The notes under the pieces were generated by a model that worked only from the letters and a program-made list of their open reading frames with translations, made no database searches and was not told where the DNA came from. DNA of 64,000 nucleotides from Malacoraja senta (taxonomy: Eukaryota), in contig JAXLNO010000438.1 in the NCBI GenBank assembly GCA_038087875.1, positions 496,001-560,000 on the forward strand. The letters run 5' to 3'. A program made the position numbers and the translations under genes. This document shows positions 39,351 to 50,551 of this stretch, piece after piece (the first letter of the stretch is position 1; every line of letters begins with the position of its first letter).

Positions 39351-39688
39351 TAATAATAATAATAATAATAATGGATTGGATTTATATAGCGCCTTTCTAA
39401 TACCCAAGGCGCTTTACATCGCATTATTCATTCACTCCTCAGTCACACTCGGTGGTGGTGAGCTACTTCTGTAGCCACAGCTGCCCTGGGGCAGACTGAC
39501 GGAAGCGTGGCTGCTAATTTGCGCCTATGGCCCCTCCGACCACCACCAATCACTCACACACATTCACACACAGGCAAAGGTGGGTGAAGTGTCTTGCCCA
39601 AGGACACAACGACAGTATGCACTCCAAGCGGGATTCGAACCGGCTACCTTCCGGTTGCCAGCCGAACACTTAGCCCATTGCGCCATCT
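39351..39688 (-). mobile_element. tRNA-derived CORE-type SINE with L2-type tail, AFC-SINE-like
   Basis: A box TGGCGCAATGG, B box GGTTCGAATCC, CORE-like TGTGTCCTTGGGCAAGACACTTCACCC, tail TGTAAAGCGCCTTGGGTATTAGAAAGGCGCTATATAAAT..(ATT)n. Confidence 0.88.
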
Positions 39689-39815
39689 GACGTTTCGGGT
39701 CGAGACCCTTCTTCAGATTGAAGAAGAGTCTCGACCCGAAACATCATCCATTCCTTCTCTCCAGAGATGCTGCCGGTCCTGCTGAGATACTCCTGCATTT
39801 TGTGTCGATCTTCAA
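39689..39815. mobile_element. Penelope pLTR palindrome; intact minus-strand hammerhead core 39689-39716, mutated plus-strand core
   Basis: GACGTTTCGGGTCGAGACCCTTCTTCAG-A-TTGAAGAAGAGTCTCGACCCGAAACATC. Confidence 0.8.
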
Positions 39816-40080
39816 ATGACGTAATGCGCTCCTGACGGCTGTGCGGACGCATGATGAAGCGCGCGACTATCGCGCGTCAGTCACTACCGGCCTGTCGCAT
39901 AAATGACGGCCAAGTGGGACAGGCCCTTAACTGATGGGTGAATTGGGTAATGTGAATTATCTCTGGTATATATGTGCTGCAGATGATTCAGGGTGGAGTT
40001 GATTGGGAAGTGAGAGAGGCTAAGATATTAAGAAATCAGTGAATGACATGATTGATGGGGACCCAGGTAGAGTCAAACCT

Positions 40081-40258
40081 GTAGGAAAGAACTGCAGATG
40101 CTGGTTTAAATCAAAGGTAGACACAAAATGTTGGAGTAACTCAGCGGGACAAGCCGCATCTCTGGAGAGAAGGAATGGGTGACGTTTCAGGTCGAAACCC
40201 TTCTCTCTAGAGATGTTGCCTGTCCCGCTGAGTTACTCCAGCATTTTGTGTCTACCTT
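40081..40258. mobile_element. Penelope pLTR palindrome with partly deleted centre
   Basis: AAGGTAGACACAAAATGTTGGAGTAACTCAGCGGGAC ... GTCCCGCTGAGTTACTCCAGCATTTTGTGTCTACCTT. Confidence 0.8.
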
Positions 40259-40979
40259 ACTGAGTTCCCAAATATTTCATCTTTCACTATCTTTTTCCCC
40301 ATTCAATATTTCATACTTCTCTATTTGAGTTAAAATGTCTAACCCGGAAACCTCCTCATCTGTGGGATGTGGGAAGAAACTGGAGCACTAGAAGAAGCCC
40401 ACATATTGCAGGGAGAACATGAAATTTCTATTTTGATTGCCCCAGAGGTCAGGATTGAACCAGGCACATGGAGGTCCACTCTATTAACTGTATCTCTATG
40501 CCATTCTGCCTCCAGAATAAGACCCAGGATAGTCTCGGTGAGCCAAATACCCTCCCTCTATGCTGTAAGAAAATATTAACAATCTGTGAACCACTGGAAG
40601 ATAACACCAGCTGGTCGGGTTAGCGGAAAATTAGCACATGGAATTCGATTCAAAGAAATTTGAAGTAATCCATTTGGGGAGTGAAAACAAGGCTTGGGAA
40701 TACAGAATAAATGTTATTATATTGAGAAATTAATATTGATGATCTTGCAGTGCATGCCCACGGATCCCCGAGGCAGCACGGAAGGTGTTTAAGGTGTTTA
40801 AAGAGGCATTGATGATGCTTTCATTATTTGCCAAAGGCAATAAAGTAGATTTACTCAATATATAAAAGCAATATATAAATGTGTATGAAACATTACTTTA
40901 GTCGTTGCTAGTACACTGAATATAATTTTGGTCACCATGTTGCAGCAATAATGTGATTCCAGTAGGAAAGTGTACAAAG

Positions 40980-42490
40980 CCTACAACTTAGTGGTATGAA
41001 CGTTGAATTTTTCAGTTTTAGGTAACCACAAACTACCCCCCCCCCACCAACCCCCATTTCTCCCCCACAACCCTTGCTCCCTTTGACACCCTCCCACCCC
41101 TGTGCCCAGGTGGACACCTCCCACCTATTTCTCCCCTTCAATCCGTTACTTTCCTCCCCCGAGCTTCATAATCAATAACTCCTCAAACCTGTCTCACATT
41201 CACTGTTCTTATCTCTGGCCTTTCTTCCAACTTTCTGCTTGTCAAAAAGCCCTGTGTCAACCTATTACCTGACACACTTTGTCCTGCTCTCCCCTTTTCC
41301 AGCTTTCATCACCTCAATCCCCCACAATCGAGGGCCTGTCCCACTTACGCAACTTTTCAGCAACTGTCTTCGACCTTCAAGCTCGAGGGCACTTGCCTGA
41401 GCTGGATTGACCATCATCGATGAAACCGCGAGCTGGATCAACCGTCAGCACACACTCAAGCACATCGCAAAGACGGGTCCAGGGAAAGTGGGGCAGCGCT
41501 GTCTGAAATTCACGCCCGCGATGAACAGGAAGGTAAAAGACGGCTGGCACAATGTACGGTAAGTCCTTTAGAGAGCAGGGAGGGGTGGGGGGGGAGAGAA
41601 GGGGAGAGAAGGGGAGAGAAGGGGGGAGAAGGGGGGAGAAGGAGGGAGAAGGAGGGAGAAGGAGGGAGAAGGAGGGAGAAGGAGGGAGAAGGGGGGGAGA
41701 AAGAGTGGAGACACTTTTAAGAAGCCAGACAACTTTTAATAAAGTTTAACGGGCATTTAACATTACCAGTCGGTTTTCCTTGGTTCTGAAAACTCCAATG
41801 AGCCAATTAAAATGCCCGGTCAGCAAAGGAGATTGCCTATGGCTACCTCGCCTGCCTATAACTACATAACACACTACCACTGCACTACGAGTTCAAAAGA
41901 ACCATGCCGACCAATTTTTACTTGCGGAAATTTTTTCAGCATGCTGAAAAAATTTTCCTCGACCAAACTGAGGCCGCGAGTAAGCGGGATCATCTCTCGA
42001 GCATGAAGGGGAGTTAAGGGGCTGTCCCACTGTACGACGTAATTTAAGAGCTCTCCCGAATTTTAAAAAAATCAAACTCGTGGTAAGCACGTAGAATGTA
42101 CGTAGCGGGTACGTCGGAGCTCGGGACGTATCTTAGCGGCTCGTAACGCTAACGGCAGGTACTCGGGAAATGCGGTAAGCTCGTGAAGACTCGTGAAGAT
42201 TTTTCAACATGTTGAAAAATGTCCATGAGAGCCCCGAGTACCTACGAGCGGCGATTACCGTAATTCTCCGAGTTCGAATCAGGGGAAACTCAGGAGAACT
42301 CTTGAATTACCTCGACAATGCTGTGAGTTTGTGGGAGCGCAAGCTCTTCTAAACTCGCAAATTAGGTCGCCATTGTGGGACAGGCCCTTTAGTCTGAAGA
42401 TGGATCTCTAACCGAAACATCACCTATCGATGTTCTCCAGAGATGCTGCCTGACCTACTGAGTTACTCCAGCACTTTGTGTCCTTTAGGA
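40980..42490 (+). mobile_element. Penelope-like element 3' end (GIY-YIG C-terminus, pyrimidine-rich UTR, pLTR) interrupted by MITEs
   Basis: LQLSGMNVEFFSFR*; pLTR gtctgaagatggatctctaaccgaaacatcacc... at 42392; TACAAAG duplicated at 40973-40979 / 42491-42497. Confidence 0.78.
41331..42388. mobile_element. Harbinger-like MITE with (GGAGGGAGAA)n tract and a nested second MITE (42017-42317)
   Basis: AGGGCCTGTCCCAC / GTGGGACAGGCCCT termini; inner AGGGGCTGTCCCACTGTACGACGTAATTTAAGAG with truncated inverted end CTCTTGAATTACCTCGACA. Confidence 0.82.
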
Positions 42491-42721
42491 TACAAAGGAG
42501 ATTTATGAGAATGATGATAGATTGGATAATTTTGCTGTGAGGATAGGTAAGAGAGGTTGTGGATGTTTTCTTTGGAGCAGAGGGGACTGAGGATGGATTT
42601 TATTATATTGCGAGGGGCCTGGATAAAATGTGTATAGAAAGGCTCTATTTCATTTTGTTATAAATTCAACCCACCCTACAAATATAATATTACTGAGCTA
42701 AAACAGGAACATAATAGAATA

Positions 42722-43320
42722 TAGACACAAGAAACTAGATCCTGGAATCCTACGCTATACACAAAGTACTGGTGGGTCCTTCATCTCTGGATAGAAGGAA
42801 TGGGTAATATTTTGGGTAACCCCCTTCTTCAGACTGAGAGTCAGAGCACACGCAGAGATATGGAAGGGTAAGGTGTGAAAATGAGAGATCAAAGGGGACA
42901 AAGCTCAAGGAAAATGATCATTGTTACCTAAGGGAAGATGAACAAGGAGGAATACAAAGATAGCATTTAATCAGGAGGACAGTCAGACTGGTCGGAGAAC
43001 TAGGATGGGAAGGGATGGAGTGAGAGGGAAAGCAAGGGATACTTGAAATTAGAGGTCAATATTCATACCGTTGGGGTGTAAGCTGCCCAAGCAAAATATG
43101 AGGTGCTGTTCCTCCACTTTGCTTTGGGCTCACCCTGACAGTGGAAGAGGCCCAGGACAGAAAGGTCAGTATGGGAATAGGATGGGGAGTTTTTAGCAAC
43201 TGGGAGATTATGTATGTCTGGAAGTGTTTGGCGAAATGATCGCTGAGCCTGTGCTTGGTGTCACCGATATATAGGAGTCCATAGATGCTGCCTGACCCGC
43301 TAATTTCCTCAACCTTCACT
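42722..43320 (-). mobile_element. Penelope-like element 3' fragment with GIY-YIG endonuclease remnant
   Basis: GLLYIGDTKHRLSDHFAKH, then EEQHLIFCLGSLHPNGMNIDLS-like C-terminus; pLTR with eroded hammerhead at 42800-42835. Confidence 0.85.
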
Positions 43321-45357
43321 TAGCAGAGTATTATTCTCTGCAGTTGTACTTACACAACAAATTAAACACTGATGGTATTGCGTCTAGCTCCTCCAATTCA
43401 TGCAAACCAAATCTTGCATATTTACCATTTGAATTGGTTTTATTACTTCTCAAACATCAGAGGACAGCAAATGGCCTAAGTGTTTAATCACAACTGGATC
43501 AGTACAGAGTTAAATGCGAACTTGGATTCTGCACCCTGAAACCTGAAACATTTACCATAACTGTACTTATGAGTGCAGACCTGAAAACCTCATGGGAGGT
43601 TTACATTCCAAAGAACACTGTGATTTTAGTTTAATTTATGACCCACAGTTAACAGGAGCTTTATCCAAGAAAAGCCGTTGTTTAAGCAACAATTTACACA
43701 TCAGTCTCTAAATGGAATCATTAAATATAGAGCAATATAAGGCCTGATGATTCCTTCTAGGAATGTTTAGAGAAGCCCTGTAAATAAAATGGGAGAGCCA
43801 TCTTTTCTAGTAGCTAATTCAGACATTCTGAAAGACATAAGGGAGACTCTCGTTCCAAGAGAATGTTTATATGCTTTGGCATGTAATCAGTGGAAACTTA
43901 ACTCCCTTCCTACTCTCTATACAAATTAGTAGTAATACTAAAGCAAGGATAGTGTTTGCATAGAAACACCAAGCGGTTGGTAGAAGATTTGTGTATAGCA
44001 AACTGCATAAGTAAAGGATGAAGTTGCCACAGATTTATAAGTATGTTGGTCAATTATATATTTTTATCTTTAAAAGTTGTCAAAATATTTTGCATTCCTT
44101 GTTCTTGTTAAAATATAATTCATACCGCTGATGATGTTGGGTGACACTGTGGGACAATTGTTAGAGTGTGGCTGCAGATCATTAGTTCTAGTAGTTACCC
44201 AAGTGCAGAAGCAGCAGAAACAGAATCACACTGGGAAGCAGCATGCCATGATGAATGCAGGGGACTGGTAGCTGCCTGCCAAGCTTTGGCTGCAAGAGAA
44301 GCTGTTGGTGTTGGCCAGCTGGAGCGTACAAGGAATTGGATGAAAGAGGAACTAAATCATTGAAAGAGCTGCGGAGAAATCAGGGAGTTAAAAAAAAAAA
44401 TGGAGAATCAATTCTTCCTGCAGGCGTTTTTTGAAATGACATTAACGTGTCAATCGGTAATGGAAGCTAGAATTAAAACATCAGAGCCTGACCCTTAGAT
44501 TGGCCTCCCTTTAAAGATGGTCGGGGTCTGGAGCAAGGTTCAGACCTCACTGTCCAACTTCAGGGGAGAAGGATCAGGGTGATTGTCGGCCCTTGTCTGG
44601 CCCATACAAGTCAGGATGTGCTGGCGTTGAGGAGATGATGCTGTTCCAGCAAGATCTGGCCCAGTGTATTTTACATCATTATAGCCAATAAAATGGATAC
44701 AAAATTGCTGCTAAAAGAAGAGGAACCTTTGAGAATTGTATTGCACATCAAAAACATGTGTTTTAGGTGGTGGAGGAATAAATTAAATGCACATTCTATT
44801 ACTTCCCAATGCAGATGCTTTTACAGAATTTTAAATTTGAAAACATTTAATGAAACCTCCATATATTCAGGGATTTTTTTTTTACTGTGCATGTAGGAGA
44901 GATAACAATCAGATCCCACATAGTTAAAACTCATTGCCTGCCCTGTTCAGGTTCCAGTGAGAATCAATAGCCTGCGAGTGGCATTGGTAACATAGCAACA
45001 GCACATACTAACAAAAGCAAAGCAAAATGTAATCAAAATGTTAATAAATTAAATCCATTGTATTGAGTGCAAAATATTTAATTGCATGACAAGCAAAAAT
45101 AGACTCGTATCATACACAGATATATATTGTGTGTGAATTATGGATTTTACTCATCTATCGTGTTAATTTAAAGCTTGCTAGTCAGAAATAGTGCCGAGTA
45201 AAATAGGTGATTAAATGTAAAGGATGTGCTCGGTATTATCATATTAAATATGCTCATCATCATTCCTCAATCCTAAAACTGCCCCATACCCAAAGCTGCA
45301 TTACACTGATTGATATCATCAGTAATTTTAATTTCTATTGTACCTTTGGAAACTGTC

Positions 45358-45601
45358 TCAGTTTAGAGATACAACGCGGAAACTGCTCTTCGGCCCACTG
45401 AGTCCGCGTCGACCAGCGATCCCCGCACATCAACACTATCCTACACTATCCTACACACACTAGGGACAATTTTCACATTTATACCAAGCCAATTAACCTA
45501 CAAACCTGTACGTCTTCGGAGTGTGTGTGGAAACCGAAGATCTCGGAGAAAACCCATGCAGTCATGGGGAGAAAGTACAAACTCCGTACAGACATCTCCC
45601 G
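45358..45601 (-). mobile_element. HE1/V-SINE-like SINE, 5'-truncated
   Basis: Family tail and core present, tRNA head absent. Confidence 0.85.
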
Positions 45602-45997
45602 AGTGCTTAATAGAATAATTGGCAAACAAACTCAAACTATGAAAGATACAAGATGGTATTAGCTCAATGAGAAATAGGTTTTGAGGAACATTTCAGACAG
45701 GAAAAAGGAGAAATAAAGGTTTCAACCGAAATTTCTTGAACTTTGAGTTTAAATCAATGGTGAAACTATTTAAAAAAGGCATTGCTTGGGGCACAGAGAT
45801 TAGGGATCATTGTAGAGCTGAGAGAGATCATGGAGACACCTCAAGTGCACACCTCCGAGAGAATGGTAGAGAATGGATAAGGGCTTTCAAAGAGCCACCT
45901 ACATCCTACTATTTTTTATAGAACAAATGATGTGACTTGTCCCGGCCCTTTCTCGAGGCGTGGCAGTGGCATCATTTAAGTAACTAGGTTATCACCT

Positions 45998-46863
45998 GGG
46001 GCGCCGTCGAGTATGGCTGCCCTGCCAGCAGCTGTTAGTTTTTTCACCCTTTTTTTATTTTTAGTTAGTTAAAAGTGTTTGTTTTTGGAGGTCTTTAGTC
46101 TTTTTATGTGGGGGGTTGGGGGGGGGGGGAAGGAGGGAACTATTTTCGCAGTCCCTACCTGGTCGGAGATGCGGCTTTTCTCCGAGCCGTATCTTCGCCC
46201 CTTCCTCGCGGCCTACGGGCAGACTGGAGCGGCGTTTTCCTGCCGGGACCGGCCAGGACTTCAGCTTCGGCGGCGGCACAGCGCTGAAGTACCATCGCGG
46301 AGCGGGCGATGCCTAACCCGGGTCGCCGTGCAGTAAGCTGTGACAGCCGGCACCAACATCGCGGAGCTGCGGTCAGCGGTCTGCGGTCAGCGGTCTGCGG
46401 TCTGCAGTCAGTGGAGCTTCCAGCCACGGGCGGCGCTGAGCTTCAAACACCGTGAAGCCTGGGATCTCACGATGAGGTCGCCAGAGTCGGAGCATCGACC
46501 AGCGCGGCTCGTGGACTTCGGGAGCCGTGGTCTACTGGGAGGAGGCGGCCGCTCCAGACACTCCGGGCCGTTGAGAGTATTCCCCCGACGCCAGAATTCC
46601 ATCATCCGGCGAGAGGGCCTGAGGCATCGGGCTGCCGTAGCGGCGACTGCAGAGGCCTCAATAGGCCCCGACTATGGGTGAACTAGGGATGGGACTGGAC
46701 TTTGCTGCCTTCCCCCACAGTGGGAACCATTGTGGGGGGATGTTTTTATGTTGTTGTTAAATTCTTGGATGTTATCTTTATTTGTGTGCTGCATGGCAAG
46801 TCAAATTTCACTGCACCAATTGGTGTATGTGACAATAAATGTTTATCTATCTATCTATCTATC
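45998..46863 (+). mobile_element. Apparently full-length GC-rich non-autonomous retroposon with Rex1-type tail
   Basis: Head GGGGCGCCGTCGAGTATGGCTGCC, T-rich/G-run, GTCCCTACCTGGTC, GC-rich body, hairpin 46711-46740, tail TATGTGACAATAAA + (TATC)n. Confidence 0.78.
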
Positions 46864-47029
46864 AACCTAGTTATTAGGTTGTATTCTCTCAACATAAGAG
46901 CATCTCCACTGCCTGTTCAGTTGTGTTGCCTGGGTATTGGTTGGTTTAGCGTGACTCAGTAGAAGGTACTCAGAAATGCTGGAGAAACTCAGCGGGTGCA
47001 GCAGCATTTATGGAGCGAAGGAAATAGGC

Positions 47030-47057
47030 AACGTTTCGGGCCGAAACCCTTCTTCAG
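47030..47057 (-). ncRNA. Minimal hammerhead ribozyme core
   Basis: Minus strand CUGAAGA-A-GGGU[UUCG]GCCC-GAAA-CGUU. Confidence 0.72.
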
Positions 47058-47081
47058 ACGAAGAAACCCTTCTTCAGACGT

Positions 47082-47109
47082 CTGAAGAAGGGTTTCGGCC
47101 CGAAACGTT
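47082..47109 (+). ncRNA. Minimal hammerhead ribozyme core
   Basis: CUGAAGA-A-GGGU[UUCG]GCCC-GAAA-CGUU; UUCG loop, GUU (NUH) triplet. Confidence 0.72.
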
Positions 47110-48814
47110 GCCTATTTCCTTCGCTCCATAGATGCGGCTGCACCCGCTGAGTTTCTCCAGCACTTTTGTGTACCTTCGATTTTCCAGCATCTGCAGTTCC
47201 TTCTTAAATGACTCAGTAGAAGCTTTGGTCAACAAAACGCAACCAGCCTGTTGCCTCTTCCAGCACACAAAGACTGTTGGCTACAAACACATCAGGGGCT
47301 TGAGGGTAAATTGTTTTATTAAAGAAATTGACCATAGAGTTTGAGTGAAATTTTAACCCAGGGCAATATGTTGGATTCAGCATTAATCATTTAACTTCAA
47401 TTGTGATGTGCAGTGGTATTATACCAGCTCCTGAGTAAGCAGGCACACAAAAGGACCAAACATGCTGGAGTAACTCAGTGGGTTAGGCATCACCTCTGGA
47501 GAACATGGATCGGTAATGATTCAGATTCAAACTCTTTTCAGACATACAGGCATACTGGAGGTGGTTCCGTCAGTATGTTGGGTGGGTTGATGAGGTCCAC
47601 TTTGGTATCAACACTGGACAAGATCAGATCAACCAACTTACAACTTTTGTGTGCTTGCTGTCCACATGCAAACCATCTGCTATTGCACTTTCTCAGCTGC
47701 TAATAAACACAATTGATTCTGAAATGTGCACCAGTAATGTAATTCTTACCAAAAATCAGCTGCCATTGTGCAAAAATAAATGAAGCTCTCCATACAAACT
47801 TCAGTGGCTAATGTTTATTGTTCTAACTTCCTTCCTGTTCTAAAGTGTTGCCTCGTGCCCGAGTATTGTTCCACCGGAGCTAACTGCCATCTGGCACCTC
47901 TTCGTTAAGCTCATTGTGAAGTTTGGCAGTGACTATCAGGAGTTTATTGAAATAATACATACTTCAATTAAACCCAATCCTGCTATCACCTGATATCTTC
48001 AGTACTGTCCAATTTTTAAATATTTCATTCAGGATAACAACCAAAAAAGGAAGCCGAGCTTACATTTCCCATCTCTCAATTGGAACTTAGTCAATTGTGA
48101 CCCGCCCTGAGATCAGTTAATTCATATATACCTCGTTGTGCCAGGTGGTTGTATTTAACAACGCAGTGTGTTAGGTCAGAATTTTGATTGAAAAATGAGA
48201 TTATATACATGTTTAAGTATTTTGGAAATATTTCAGTCAGAATCAGTGTGAAAGATTGTTAAACAGTTAAGCAACAAAGATATCCATGCCATTAAATATT
48301 TTAATCGAGAGCCACGCATTGCTGATTGTCATACTTTAGGGCATTGATATCAAAAATTCAGAAAAAACAAATACAAAGCAACGATCAGAAATTTTGTGCA
48401 AAATTAGTTTATTTTTCTGGTGACATTTGTTTAAGTAGGCATTATGGCTTCCTGCATATGTGCTTGCTTTGGCCCTGTTTTTATTGAATCATGCCAGCAG
48501 TATTTCATTGAAATCTGCTTCAACACTTCAAGCAACTTATGTGTAAACCGGGAACCATTCCTACCTTCCTTGTACACTGCCTCTCATTTTCACCTTCCAT
48601 CCCATCCTCTACAATCGAGTCATCTTTCAGATCACGCAAAAGACTTGGTTAGTCAGGAAACTGTCGGTTGTCTTTGCAGAAACAACAGAAAGATTTCTAA
48701 AGCTATCTAAATCGAATCTACCTCAACAATGTGGAGCAAAACTGGAACTGTGCATGTTCTGTGGCGTACTGATTACATGTCATGACACAACTTCACGAGC
48801 CGTCATAGCCCCTG

Positions 48815-49763
48815 ACAACCCTGTGATCTCAGTCTCTGAGGTTGGCGTCAGAGCATCATTAGCGGGTGGCACAGTGGCCTAGCGGTAGAGCTGCTGCCTT
48901 ATAGTGCCAGAGACCCAGGTTCGATCCTGACTATGGGTGCTGTCTGTACGGAGTTTGTATGTTCTCCCTGTGACCGCGTGAGTTTTCCCCTGAAGTAGGG
49001 TCTCCAGCCAAAACGTCACCTATTCCTTTTCTCCACAGATGCTGCCTGACCTGTATGGACCTGTACTCCAGCTTTTTTGTATCTGTCTTGGGTTTTCTCC
49101 CTGTTCTACTCATTTCACTAGACCCATAACTGTGTGGTTAAACATAGCTCCGATGTCACATACAAATTCACCAGTGACACTGTGATCCTTGGCTGCAGCA
49201 GAAGTGAGGATGAGTCAGCTTGCAGGAGAGAACTGGTTGCATGGTACCACAACAACAACCTCTCACTCAACATCAACAAAACAAAGGAAATAATCATTGA
49301 TTTTGTAAAGGAGAAGTCAGCACATCCGTTTTCATTTGTAGGTCGGCAGTGGGGAGAGTTGGCAGCTTCAATTTCCTGGCCTTTACTATCTTGGAAGGCC
49401 TATCCAGGACCCAGCACATTGATGTAATCATGGAGAAGGTATTCCAGTCCCTCTACTTCCTTAAGGGCCTGTCCCACTTGACCGTCATTTGCACGTAATT
49501 TACGCGACATCATTCACGCATCACGACGCACGCGTAGTGACACGCACGTGATGCGCGCATGGTGCGCATTATGCGTGCGTGGTGACATAGGCAGTGACGC
49601 GCAGTCGCGCGCGGCGTCCTAGGATTTTGGGATGTACAAAATCTTCGCGTGCCATCTGCGTGACGTGCAAAAGACGGCCAAGTGGGACAGGCCCTTAAGT
49701 CTGAAGAGATTTGGCATGTCACCAAATACTCTAACAAATTTCTACAGGTGCACTGCAGAAAGT
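48815..49763 (+). mobile_element. Decayed Rex1/Babar RT fragments with nested SINE head (48862-48990), pLTR arm (48990-49090) and MITE
   Basis: YKFTSDTVILG...ELVAWYHNNNLSLNINKTKEIIIDF; LYFL..LKRFGMSPNTLTNFYRCTAES. Confidence 0.78.
49464..49695. mobile_element. Harbinger-like MITE
   Basis: AGGGCCTGTCCCACTTGACCGTC / GACGGCCAAGTGGGACAGGCCCT; flanks TTA / TAA. Confidence 0.85.
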
Positions 49764-49930
49764 TTAGTTTAGTTTATTGTCACGTGTACTGAGGTACAGT
49801 GAAAAGCATTTATTGCGTACTAACCAGTCAGCAGAAAGACAATATATGATTAAAATCAAGCCATTCACAGTGTACAGATACATGATAAAGGTAATAATGT
49901 AAATAACATTTAGTGAAAGATAAAGCCAGT
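49764..49930 (-). mobile_element. Rex1-type 3' tail fragment (another at about 50940-51115)
   Basis: Minus strand ...TTCACTGTACCTCAGTACACGTGACAATAAACTAAAC, similar to 31150-31300. Confidence 0.75.
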
Positions 49931-50239
49931 AACGTTTTGTGCAGTGTGCATTAAGCATGGTTCATAATCCTCCTTTCCTTCTCTCCAGAGATGCGGCCTG
50001 TCCCACTGAGTTACTCCAGCATTTTGTGTCTATCTTCAATTTAAACCAGCATCTGCAGTTCCTTCCTACACATCCATGGTTCTAACATGGGCCAGAAAAC
50101 CTATTCGACAAAATAATGTTAGCGCACCAGAGAAATATGAACAATTATAACAGTTTCTGGGTTCCATTAACTCTGGAATGAAACCCACATCGCTGCTGAT
50201 CACACCGTCTATATCATATGTACTTTCCTAATATCTCTA

Positions 50240-50551
50240 ATTTAGTTTAGTTTAGAGATACGGCACGGAAACGGGCCCTTTGGCCCACCGACTTCGCGCC
50301 GACCAGCGATCCCCACACATTAACACTATCCTTCACGCACTGGGTCCAATTTTACACTTATACCATGCCAATTAACCTACTAACATGTATGTCTTTGGAA
50401 TGTGGGAGGAAACCGAAGATCTCAGAGAAAACTCATGCAGGTCACAGGGAGAACATACAACTCCGTACAGACAACAACCATAGTCAGGATTGAACCCGGA
50501 TCTCCAGCGCTGCAAGTCTGTAAGGCAACAACACTACCGCTGCACCACCAT
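50240..50551 (-). mobile_element. HE1/V-SINE-like SINE
   Basis: Full family structure with A/B boxes (GGGTTCAATCC). Confidence 0.87.

Larger units (their letters stand above)
39280..39927. mobile_element. Harbinger-like MITE containing a SINE and a Penelope palindrome
   Basis: AGGGCCTGTCCCACTTGGCCATCATTT / AAATGACGGCCAAGTGGGACAGGCCCT; TAA TSD both sides. Confidence 0.88.
40600..42640 (+). mobile_element. Old CR1 fragment split by a Penelope insertion
   Basis: atggaattcgattcaaagaaatttgaagtaatccatttggg (MEF..K.EVIHLG) ... tacaaag|insert|tacaaaggagattt. Confidence 0.65.
46966..47208. mobile_element. TSD-flanked Penelope pLTR palindrome with two divergent hammerhead cores
   Basis: TSD TGACTCAGTAGAAG at 46952-46965 and 47209-47222; near-perfect inverted arms of about 90 bp. 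Confidence 0.88.

Noticed and set aside
39620..39688. tRNA gene
   Set aside because: A/B boxes continue into a SINE body and LINE tail; no complete cloverleaf. The same applies to the HE1-type heads.
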